Shown here piece after piece: positions 36,625 to 46,300 of a DNA stretch of 64,000 nt (its first letter is position 1; every line of letters begins with the position of its first letter). Below the pieces are notes generated by a model, which ran no database searches, had not been told where the DNA came from, and saw nothing but the letters and a program-made list of their open reading frames with translations. The stretch is taken from the IMG/VR virus record IMGVR_UViG_3300042197_000370; one strand, given 5' to 3'. This stretch comes from a virus. A program made the position numbers and the translations under genes.

Positions 36625-37131
36625 TTACTTTAGGAACTCTTCTATTGAGAGGTCATAATACAAACTATTTATACGGTGAACTCCAAGCAAAAACAATACA
36701 AAACTTGCTACGCTACTACCTCGACCTACGCCCCAAACTATGTTGTTTTGTCTCATGGTGTCTACCAAATACTTGAGGTATTTAAGTAATACAAACATAT
36801 CACGTTCTTGGAACATTAATAGTTCTTTTCCTGCACGTTGCAATTCTGCTTCTGTAGTACATTGATCTAATACAAATTGGGCAATATCCATATCCATATA
36901 TTCTTTTGGCATGAACCAATTGTTCCTGCACTTATCATCAAACTGTTCTACAGATATATTTTCTAGTTGATAATGTATGAGATTTGGGATGTTTTCTAAG
37001 TCTAGGTTGCGGTTAAATGTAATGGGATTTTCCACCAACACCGAATGTAACTGAAGATTAGGATTTTTAAAATAAAAATCACATAGATCCTGCTCTGAAT
37101 ATACTTGCTGACCAAATTTATCTGTTATCAT
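36625..37131 (-). CDS. DNA polymerase III alpha-like fragment (lacks catalytic aspartates)
   Basis: WGVGRGSSVASFVLFLLGVHRINSLYYDLSIEEFLK matches DnaE GxGRGS...ITDxDPLxxDLxFERFL and ends before the PDxD motif. Confidence 0.75.
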   Translation of the reverse strand: MITDKFGQQVYSEQDLCDFYFKNPNLQLHSVLVENPITFNRNLDLENIPNLIHYQLENISVEQFDDKCRNNWFMPKEYMDMDIAQFVLDQCTTEAELQRAGKELLMFQERDMFVLLKYLKYLVDTMRQNNIVWGVGRGSSVASFVLFLLGVHRINSLYYDLSIEEFLK

Positions 37132-37139
37132 GTACTAGC

Positions 37140-37168
37140 ATAATACATGAATATAGTGATAGTGTCAA
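37140..37168 (-). promoter_or_regulatory. Sigma70-like promoter for the DnaE fragment
   Basis: TTGACA-17 nt-TATTAT-8 nt-ATG. Confidence 0.7.
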
Positions 37169-37177
37169 GATAAATTT

Positions 37178-37765
37178 TTATTTTTCGGGCTCCAATACTA
37201 CCACTTTGTCTGAATTTTTAGACTTTTCTTTCCAAGTAAGACCTATCTCTGCCCATTCATCGTTAAATAGTTTAACTATCTTTTCTCTACGCTTTGGTGG
37301 TTTGGTAGTATCTTTCATTATAGTACATGGTTCATTCCACCAATGATTGCCATGGAATATGTTTTCTGCTATCTCTGGAACTACACTAAACCTAACCCCG
37401 TTACTTAACTTAGAACCCATTATTAGGTCAGTGATTGATAATCTACCTTCCATAATTGCGTTTAATTTTAATAACAATATCATAGACACTATTTGGTCAT
37501 ATGGTTCTTCGGGTGTCGTACAAACTTTAATCCCAGCCTTCTCATAATTTTCAATAACAGCAGTTTCCGATTGATGTACAAAAATGCTATTTTCTAACAC
37601 ATTACTTAAAAAGTATTCAGCCCTTTCCATCGCTACGTTCTGCTCTCGTATTGATTCTGTCTCAACTATCATTGATGCTGTTATATCATAAAAATTAATG
37701 TAAAACTTACCTTCAAAATGCGTAGCGCATTGGAAATAAAAATCTTTTTCTATTCTTGTACTCAT
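37178..37765 (-). CDS. Hypothetical protein
   Basis: 195-aa coupled ORF. Confidence 0.65.
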   Translation of the reverse strand: MSTRIEKDFYFQCATHFEGKFYINFYDITASMIVETESIREQNVAMERAEYFLSNVLENSIFVHQSETAVIENYEKAGIKVCTTPEEPYDQIVSMILLLKLNAIMEGRLSITDLIMGSKLSNGVRFSVVPEIAENIFHGNHWWNEPCTIMKDTTKPPKRREKIVKLFNDEWAEIGLTWKEKSKNSDKVVVLEPEK

Positions 37766-37995
37766 TTTTCTTTTTGAATATTAACCTGCGCATGGATGTT
37801 TTGTTTTTTCATCAGTTCATCCATTTTCTTATTATAGGCTGATTTGTAACTTTCTATAACCATATTTATCTGATGGATCATAGGCCCGTTACCCATGCGA
37901 TAGGCAAAGTTTAACTTCTTTGTCAAGTCGCCAATTTTTTCTTGTAGTTCTTCTAAGTTTTTATCTGATAAGTCGCTAATGAAAGGATGTTCCAT
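37762..37995 (-). CDS. Small coiled-coil hypothetical protein
   Basis: Helical hairpin pattern; ATGA overlap. Confidence 0.6.
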   Translation of the reverse strand: MEHPFISDLSDKNLEELQEKIGDLTKKLNFAYRMGNGPMIHQINMVIESYKSAYNKKMDELMKKQNIHAQVNIQKEK

Positions 37996-38001
37996 AAGTC
38001 T

Positions 38002-40224
38002 TTATAATGTGTACCATTGGCCTGTTCCGCCACCTGTAGTGCAGAAAAACTCTATACTAGTATTGGTAGCCAATGAATAGGCTGCATTTACGCCTAATGC
38101 ATTTATTTGCGCACCTGTTGCAGGGTATACGTTCAATGCATTTGCGCCTGCATTTCTAACAACTATTCTTAATCCTATAATTGCTGCAGGTAGAACAACA
38201 CCTGTACTTGCTGGGACAGTTGTTATAAGATTGATTGCATTTGCTAATTGTGTTCCTGTTGCCTGAGTAGTACCTGCGGCTGCTACAGTGTTAGCCACAC
38301 TAGAAACGAAATACACATTTGCTATAATGTTTGCATTTGAGAATATATTACCAGTAGCGTTTGCTAAACCACTAGAATATAAATTACCAACGTTTCCGTT
38401 ACCTGTAATAGTAGCGGATCCACCTGATAGTATTCCACCAGATACAGTTCCCGTTGCGTTTACAGAACCAACTGTAATTAGATTTCCAACTGTTGCATTA
38501 CCAGTTACAGTTAATAACCCGTTTGTAACTAAGTTGCCACCAACTACGTTACTAGTGGCTACTACTTGACCACTGGCTGATAAATTAACTACGTTAGCAT
38601 TGCCGCTTACAGATAAGTTACCAATCGTTGCTATATTTGCAACAGTTACGTTTGCACCTGTAATAGTACCTACTGCTGTTATTCCGCCAGGGGCAGACAA
38701 TAAACTAGTAGCACTATTAAATTCAAAGCCTGTGGTTGCACCAAATGCTCCTGCATTGTTATATTGAATCTGTGTGTTAGAACCTGCTACAACACCATTA
38801 CCACTACCTGCACCTGCCGACCATGCCAAATTACCAGTGCCGTCTGTAGTTAATACATAACCATTTGTACCACCACCAATTTTAACATTAGATACAGTGG
38901 CTGCATTTAATCCGTTTGGTATTAATGTACTAGGTACTAATGGTACTCTACGGAATATATCAGTACCGTCATAAACTGTCATATCAAACGCAGGAGGGCT
39001 ACCCGGTGTAAATGTCGCTACGTTTTCATATGTTGGTCCAGCAATTCCATTGTCTATAGTTTGGCTGAGTGTTATGTTAGAGCCTGCAACTGACTTGATG
39101 TAATATACACTATTTTCTGCAATGTTTGCATTGGCTGCACCGTTGCCAGTAAAGATTACTGGAAAGTTAACAGCAACGTTTGCGGTTGAAGAAGATAATG
39201 TAACGATGTTTGGTGCAGTAGTGCTGGCAACTAATTTAGGATATGAATTTGAATTATAATCATCTACTGCTACGTACATATAACGTACAGGATTTAGATA
39301 TAAATTACCTGTACTACCTGTTAAGTTTACGTTGCCGCTAGTATTAGCGTTAGCAGATATTGTAAAGTGTGTTGCGTTTGCAATATTACCTATGTAATAC
39401 GTAGCGCCGGTTGTAACATTAGATTCAAAACTAGTACCTGTAAACACTACAGGCATACCAGTATAAAGTGTAACAGTATTAGCCGTAACAAAGAAATCCG
39501 ATGAAGTTGAAGAGGTAATAGTTAATTCAGGTGCTGATAATGCATCAATACAAACAGTACCTACAGTATCACCCAATTGACCTGTTAGTGGGGGAGTTCT
39601 AGTTTGAATCTCAGTAGTTTGAAATGGTCTATTAAGAGGTGTGATTGATATTGTATTACCGCAATCTAATGTTTTCAATTGATAGTTCAATTGAGATACA
39701 CCATATGGTGCTGTAATCGTTGCTACATTAGATATATTACTATAGTTTTCAAGTAATGTTACACCAAAGTTATTGTTTGCTGAAACCACTTCTCCTGGAA
39801 ATGATATAACTGCTTCAGCATTACTAATACCCAATTTTAAAACAATTGAACTTTCTGTATTAACAGGAGCCCAACCACCAAATTGGAACGTAACGTTTCC
39901 TGCAACATTTCCATATTGCACATCGCCCAAACTAACATCAACTAAAACTGTGCCGCTTAATGCGTTACCTAAATTATATGTACTTGCTCTAAACGTTCTT
40001 GTTGTAGCATTGCTTATTAACGTGCCTGCCATGTCATTGTTTAACGTACTGTTATCCAATGCGGTTTTGAGAACGACCTTGTTCTGTAAATCCGTAATCT
40101 CTGATCCAGCAGTATTTAGGTTAGTTTTAATGGCGGCAAAGTTATCCCTAAAACCCTGAGAACTGTTGTTGATCCCGGGTACAGGATAATTTACGTCTAT
40201 TCCATTAGTGTTAATTGTACTCAT
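38002..40224 (-). CDS. Baseplate-attached tail fibre-like protein
   Basis: N-terminal helical anchor, G/N/T-rich beta repeats, C-terminal domain shared with 43399-48132. Confidence 0.7.
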   Translation of the reverse strand: MSTINTNGIDVNYPVPGINNSSQGFRDNFAAIKTNLNTAGSEITDLQNKVVLKTALDNSTLNNDMAGTLISNATTRTFRASTYNLGNALSGTVLVDVSLGDVQYGNVAGNVTFQFGGWAPVNTESSIVLKLGISNAEAVISFPGEVVSANNNFGVTLLENYSNISNVATITAPYGVSQLNYQLKTLDCGNTISITPLNRPFQTTEIQTRTPPLTGQLGDTVGTVCIDALSAPELTITSSTSSDFFVTANTVTLYTGMPVVFTGTSFESNVTTGATYYIGNIANATHFTISANANTSGNVNLTGSTGNLYLNPVRYMYVAVDDYNSNSYPKLVASTTAPNIVTLSSSTANVAVNFPVIFTGNGAANANIAENSVYYIKSVAGSNITLSQTIDNGIAGPTYENVATFTPGSPPAFDMTVYDGTDIFRRVPLVPSTLIPNGLNAATVSNVKIGGGTNGYVLTTDGTGNLAWSAGAGSGNGVVAGSNTQIQYNNAGAFGATTGFEFNSATSLLSAPGGITAVGTITGANVTVANIATIGNLSVSGNANVVNLSASGQVVATSNVVGGNLVTNGLLTVTGNATVGNLITVGSVNATGTVSGGILSGGSATITGNGNVGNLYSSGLANATGNIFSNANIIANVYFVSSVANTVAAAGTTQATGTQLANAINLITTVPASTGVVLPAAIIGLRIVVRNAGANALNVYPATGAQINALGVNAAYSLATNTSIEFFCTTGGGTGQWYTL

Positions 40225-40244
40225 AATTCGTTTCCGTATAGTAT

Positions 40245-42764
40245 TTAGTATTGAGTTTCATCCGGTAAAATAGTTTTTCGTGGGAATAAAACATAAAAAT
40301 CTTTGCTGTCCAATGGGTTTGGTACAGGGCTTGCACTAGGTAATCCTGTCCATGCGGGAGGACTAACGTTCTTATCATAGTTATACGTAATGCTCTTATC
40401 TACACTAAATCTATCAATTTGGAAATTTATAGTATTCAACTTGTTCACATTACCTAACACGTTTTTCCAATTAGTTTCTATATTGCTCTTTACGATACTT
40501 GAGAAACCAGGCTTAGTATAGCAAATCACCCAACTAGGAGTAAAGCCTAATGTGTTACCATCAGCCTGCTGACTAGTCATCCATAATGGTAATAATCTAA
40601 AATTGTATTCTTGACCCAACACTTGACCAACACGATTTCTCATGTTTGGTAAACTGTTAGGATATAATATCCTAGCATAGCCCGGTGTTAAACTTGTATA
40701 GAATGTAGGGACACCCTGATAAGTCTCATAACTTGTGTATATATCAGTCACACTTGTATACCAAGGACCTTGATTCAAATCAATAAAACGTGGCCAATAT
40801 ATCTCTTCGCTTACACTCTGTCCTTTTGGATTAACAAGATTGTCAATAACTTTGCTATAAACAACTTCGTAAATAATTTCACCTTGTTCATTTCTAGCAA
40901 TAGCAGTTGCCAATTCTCCCAAAGTGATGTTTCTCCAATAATGATTCTTTGTTACTGATGAAACATATTCATCAAAATTACTTGCGTATATACCATATGC
41001 ATGTACATATGTTACATCTTGTGCTTTTCCAAAATAAGGATCATTTGGTCTATACAAATAATCAGTTGGAATTAATGTATCATTGTTTAACAATGTAGAT
41101 AATAACATTCTGTCCGATATACTAGGAGTACATTTGATGTATAGTGTATCGGTTGGCTGATTAAATTCTTGTGTGACAGTTAATGTAAAAGTCCTAGATG
41201 CATTTACAATTGAGAACTCAGGAGAGTATGCTTGAATAGTAAATGTAAATGTAGTTGATTCATTAGGATTTAAGAATGTACTTGTTGGTTGATATGCAGT
41301 TACACCTGTAATTTCACCGTTACTTAATAATGTAAGATTAGGTGGTAGTGTGCCTGATATTAATCTATAAGATAAACTTAGATCGGATGTTGCAACAACG
41401 CTCTTATTACTAATTGTTCCGTTGTATATTTGTCCTAAGTCGCTAGGAGTTATCCATTCTACTCTACCTATAACATCGTTAGATAATCTAAATGAGAATC
41501 TAAAATAAGGAGTTGATATAGATGGATTGCTTGCTTTTCTAGCGGCAACACTAAATGTATATTCACTAATGTTATCAGGTGCTATTACTGGAGTACCTGT
41601 TATCCAGCCTGTTCCTGAATCACCTGTTAATCCTAATGGTAAATCAGCAAACACGTATTCTAATGGACTATTATCAAAATCATATCCTAAAATTCTAAAA
41701 CTAAAATAGTTATCACTATCTAATTGACCTATGTAAGCATACTGTAATGGTGTATAGGTGTAACCATTACCATCTGGCGGCAACACATAGTATCCATAAT
41801 CTTGCTGGTCTTCTGTAATATTAAAAGTTTGTGGTCTAGTATTGTATACAGTTGGTATTCTATTGTTAGGAGGGTTACCAGGTCCACCTTGACTAATTGG
41901 AGTGTTTTGGTTTACTACGGTAATGTAGTAAGAACGTAAGTCACCGCCTAAAGGACTTTCTAACTTCAATGTAAAACTGTATGTTTTAATAGTAGGTTGA
42001 CCAATTGAAATCGTAGTCAGTGTTGCGGTCATTGAACCAACATTATCAAAGAGTGGAACAACAGGACCGCCAATAGTATTAGAGACTGTAAACTTACTTT
42101 CATCGATAATAGATTGTATATAATATGTTTCATTTGCGGTTAGTCCACCAAAACTTGTACCTGTAAATATTACTGGTCTACCTATTCTAAATCCGGTAGT
42201 GCTAAGACAAGTTATTGCATTGTTAGAAGCAGTAGTTGCACTAATAGTAGTAATAACAGTTGGCAAGTTAACATCAATGAATGGAGGTTCTGCATACCCT
42301 CTTATAAGACCATCGGCATTAATTTCTAAGCCAGGTGGCATTTCACCTTGAACCACTCTAATAAGTATAGGATTAGATGGAATAGGATTATTATATGCAA
42401 TGGGTAATTCAACCCAAGTACTGTCAGGAGTATTTAAAATACTACCAGCCAATGTAGTAAATTGCGGTACAGCAGAACCAGAAATACTCATTGAAAATGT
42501 TCTGTCTCTTATATTTGCATAGTTGTCTGTTGCTCTTACAACAAATGAATATGTTAAGTTATCAACTGTTTCTAATGACGGTGTACCTACTATCAATCCA
42601 TCTTCATCCATAGACACACCGTTTGGTAGTCTACCACTTATGATAGCATATGTTACACTAACTGCTGGCAATACCGCAGACGCACTTAATTGAAACGCCA
42701 TTGATATTAATGACGGATAGGTGCCTATTGATCCTGCTGAAGTATTCCATACTGGCTGTGCCAT
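40245..42764 (-). CDS. Baseplate wedge-like protein with putative Ig repeats
   Basis: Repeated SGxLPxGLxLxxxGxIxGxP units; located among tail genes; CTAAATA motif at 40242-40248 serves the next gene. Confidence 0.6.
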   Translation of the reverse strand: MAQPVWNTSAGSIGTYPSLISMAFQLSASAVLPAVSVTYAIISGRLPNGVSMDEDGLIVGTPSLETVDNLTYSFVVRATDNYANIRDRTFSMSISGSAVPQFTTLAGSILNTPDSTWVELPIAYNNPIPSNPILIRVVQGEMPPGLEINADGLIRGYAEPPFIDVNLPTVITTISATTASNNAITCLSTTGFRIGRPVIFTGTSFGGLTANETYYIQSIIDESKFTVSNTIGGPVVPLFDNVGSMTATLTTISIGQPTIKTYSFTLKLESPLGGDLRSYYITVVNQNTPISQGGPGNPPNNRIPTVYNTRPQTFNITEDQQDYGYYVLPPDGNGYTYTPLQYAYIGQLDSDNYFSFRILGYDFDNSPLEYVFADLPLGLTGDSGTGWITGTPVIAPDNISEYTFSVAARKASNPSISTPYFRFSFRLSNDVIGRVEWITPSDLGQIYNGTISNKSVVATSDLSLSYRLISGTLPPNLTLLSNGEITGVTAYQPTSTFLNPNESTTFTFTIQAYSPEFSIVNASRTFTLTVTQEFNQPTDTLYIKCTPSISDRMLLSTLLNNDTLIPTDYLYRPNDPYFGKAQDVTYVHAYGIYASNFDEYVSSVTKNHYWRNITLGELATAIARNEQGEIIYEVVYSKVIDNLVNPKGQSVSEEIYWPRFIDLNQGPWYTSVTDIYTSYETYQGVPTFYTSLTPGYARILYPNSLPNMRNRVGQVLGQEYNFRLLPLWMTSQQADGNTLGFTPSWVICYTKPGFSSIVKSNIETNWKNVLGNVNKLNTINFQIDRFSVDKSITYNYDKNVSPPAWTGLPSASPVPNPLDSKDFYVLFPRKTILPDETQY

Positions 42765-42765
42765 A

Positions 42766-43389
42766 TTATTCCTTAAACGCTTCTAGCGCAATTTCGTAGT
42801 GATGCTTTCTATCTGCTAACCCAATAGTACCACCATTGATACGTCTGGTTAATCCCACAAAGTCATCTTTGTCACAATAGATGTTTAACTTGTTTACGTC
42901 CCAAAACCATCCTGCACTTGCTACTGCTCCTGCTGGTGTTTCTAAATAGGCTACAACTTCATCTAATGTCATATCAGATGCTTTAGCAAAACGTGTATAG
43001 TTATCACGACCTGTCAATTGAATTAACCCTCTACCTCTGAATTTGAAACCGTCACCTGATGCCTCATCACCATTCTTCATTCGATTAGCATAAACACGAT
43101 TTGCAATTTTCTCAGGTTGACGTTCATATTGTTTAGCGATTTCTTCGTTAGGAAAATACTTCTTAAAAGTATTCACTAATCCTTTAGCACCATAATTTAA
43201 ATTTTCTTTTACTGCGGTAAATCCACCACTCTCATGTGCGGTTTGTGCTAAGAATGCCGCAATACGTTTTGGGTTCTCAAACAAATCATAATGTTTGCCC
43301 ACTTCGTTGAATGAATCTACGTATGGTACTAAAACACTTTGTTTTGTTTTAGGGCATATCTTTTGTAAAAGTTCTAATGTAACAAACAT
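42766..43389 (-). CDS. Glycoside hydrolase family 19 endolysin
   Basis: AAFLAQTAHESGGF, ENLNY, FRGRGLIQLTGRDNY, INGGTIGLADR. Confidence 0.92.
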   Translation of the reverse strand: MFVTLELLQKICPKTKQSVLVPYVDSFNEVGKHYDLFENPKRIAAFLAQTAHESGGFTAVKENLNYGAKGLVNTFKKYFPNEEIAKQYERQPEKIANRVYANRMKNGDEASGDGFKFRGRGLIQLTGRDNYTRFAKASDMTLDEVVAYLETPAGAVASAGWFWDVNKLNIYCDKDDFVGLTRRINGGTIGLADRKHHYEIALEAFKE

Positions 43390-43398
43390 TCTTTATCC

Positions 43399-46300
43399 TC
43401 ATGCATATGTTGCGCCAACTGTGTACCACTGAGTAGTAGTTGGTGCTATAAATTGTATTGTACCACCTGCTTGCTGTGTATATCCTGCATTGGCTGCAAG
43501 ACTGTTTATTGCGCCACCTGATGCTGGATAAACAAGCAGACTGTTTGCTGATGTGTTAGTAATTGTTACTACCATACCTGCTACTGCTGTTGGTAATACA
43601 ACACCTTGTCCACTTGATACGGTAGACACTATGTTCATCTCTTTGGTTATTGCCGTTGCAGTGCCTTGAGTTGATCCGGCTGCACTAATACCAGTACCAA
43701 CAGAACGAATATGATATGCTGTTGCAATTACATTTGCGCCACTAATATTACCGCTAGATGTTAAACTTGTTAATGTACCAACACTTGTAATATTGGGCTG
43801 TGCGGCTGTTGTTACTGTACCTGCAGTTGTTGCACTTGTTGCACTTGTTGCACTTGGAACCGTTCCGATTACATTAGCACCCGGAATAGATGTTAGACCA
43901 TTTGCATTACCAGTAAACACCCCTGTATTAGCAGTTATGTTTACACCGGTAATTGTTCCATTAACGCCTAAACCTGTTAATGTGCCCACTGATGTAATAT
44001 TAGGTTGTGCGGCTGTTGTTACAGTACCAGCAGTTGTTGCGCTAGTGGCTGCACCACTTAATGCACCGACGAATGTTGTTGCTGTAATAGAACCGTTGGC
44101 TGCGTTTGCGGCAAATACTGTATTACCAGATAGTGCTACGTTGCCAGTAACAACGTTACCCATCATTAGATAATATGTACCAGTACTTACTGTAGACACA
44201 CCATTAAAGTCACTAACATTTGCATATGAAACGTTTAAGTTAGCAACACGTGTAGTACTTGTTACTGTTATAGGAGCAGTACCGGTTGACACATTACTTG
44301 TCAATGTACTTGCTACAACTCCTGTAGTTGAATTTAAATTGCCGGCTGATACGTTTCCTGAAACGTTCAATGAACTTAATGTACCGACACTAGTGATATT
44401 TGGCTGGGCAGCAGTTGTTACAGTACCGGCTGTGGCTGCACTACCACTTACTGAACCAGTAATAGTAGCACTAACTGTTAAGCCGGTGAGTGTGCCAACA
44501 CTCGTAATATTAGGTTGAGCCGCAGTAGTTACTGTGCCGGCTGTTGTTGCGCTACCGGCGCTTGTTGCAAAGGTTGCGTTTGCTACTGTGCCAGTTACGT
44601 TTGCACCTGTTATTGCTGATAGTGCAGAGCCATTGCCACTAAAGAAGTTTGCACTTACTAAGTTACCACCTGCAATATTACCTGCGTTAATGTTACCATT
44701 AACAATTAATGATGTTAATGAACCAACACTTGTAATATTTGGTTGACTGTTATCTGTAACATGTCCTGCTAGTGTTGCACTATTTGCCGCACCGTATAAC
44801 GTACCAGTAAAGAAGTTAGCAACTACGCTATTACCTAAGTTTGCATTACCTGCACTTACGTTGCCTGTTATTGCTAGACTTGTTAATGTGCCTACCGATG
44901 TAATGTTTGGTTGTGCCGCAGTATAAACTGTACCGGCAACAACTGCGTTGTTTACTTGACTACTTACATTAGCACCATTAATGTTAGTTATATTATAACC
45001 ATTACCTGATATGTTACCGGTGTTAATATTACCACTGACAATCAAATTACCTAATGTGCCAACAGTCGTAATATTTGGTTGACTTGCTGTTGTTAATGTA
45101 CCTGTAATAAAGTTAGCACTTACAAGATTACCACCTGTTAAACTACCTGACCCAACTAATGTGACGTTATCAACTGTCAATGTGTTTGTTGAATCATTAT
45201 ATGCAAATGCAGCCTCACCAGTGTATACTGTTGAACTGTTATATTGAACTGCTCCATTTGGTCCGCCTGGTGGAGTACCTGCAAATGCTGTGAAACTTAG
45301 TCCACCGCTACCATTTGTAGTAAGAACTGTATTACTTGAACCACCTGTAATTCTTAAATTGCTTACAGAACCTAAACTTACATTGGCAGTATTTACAAAG
45401 TTAACTGTTGCTGATGTGTTGTTTACAGTCAGTCCACCAAAAACAGACAATAAATTACTTGTCTTATTAAATGTTAATCCTGATGTGCCACCAATTGATC
45501 CTGCATCATTAAACTGAACATCAGTATTACTGCCGGCTGCGGCTGCTGTGTCTGCGCCCCATGCTAAATTACCTGCACCGTCTGTTTTAATTGTATAACC
45601 AGATGTACCACCTGGTATTCTAAAGTTAGCAAGATTACTAATATATATGTTAGCACCAGTGAAACTTGCATTACCGGACACATCTAATACAGTTAGTGTA
45701 CCGACACTCGTTATATTTGACTGGCTTGCGGTTGTGACAGTACCCGCAGTATTTGCACTGCCGGCGCTTACTGCATATGTTGCATTTGCTACGGTACCAG
45801 TTACGTTGGCGCCTGCTAAACTTGTAAGTCCTGCACCATTGCCGGTAAAGACACCGGTGTTCGCATTAACGTTTGCGGCTGTGATTGTTCCATTAACACC
45901 TAAGCCAGTTAATGTGCCTAAACTTGTAACATTTGGTTGACTTGCTGTTGATAATGAACCTGCTAGTGTTGCACCGGTAACTGTACCAGTTGCAGTTAAA
46001 TTTCCTGTAGTTAATGTGTTTATATCTGTGCGATATGTTAAATCAACATCGGCTCTGACTGTTTGACCTGTTGTTCTATTTTCTACAAATGTGGGATAGA
46101 AAGTAGTAGTTAATCCATTAGTATTTAAAATATCAACAGTGTTTGCTACTGTTGCATTTGTAGCATTAGCAACTGTACCGGTTACATTAGCACCTGCTAT
46201 GTTTGTTAAGTTAGCACCACTACCAATAAAATAGTTCGCTACTACTGCATTACCTAAATTTGCATTGCCTGCGCTTATATTACCAGTTACGTTAGCAGTT

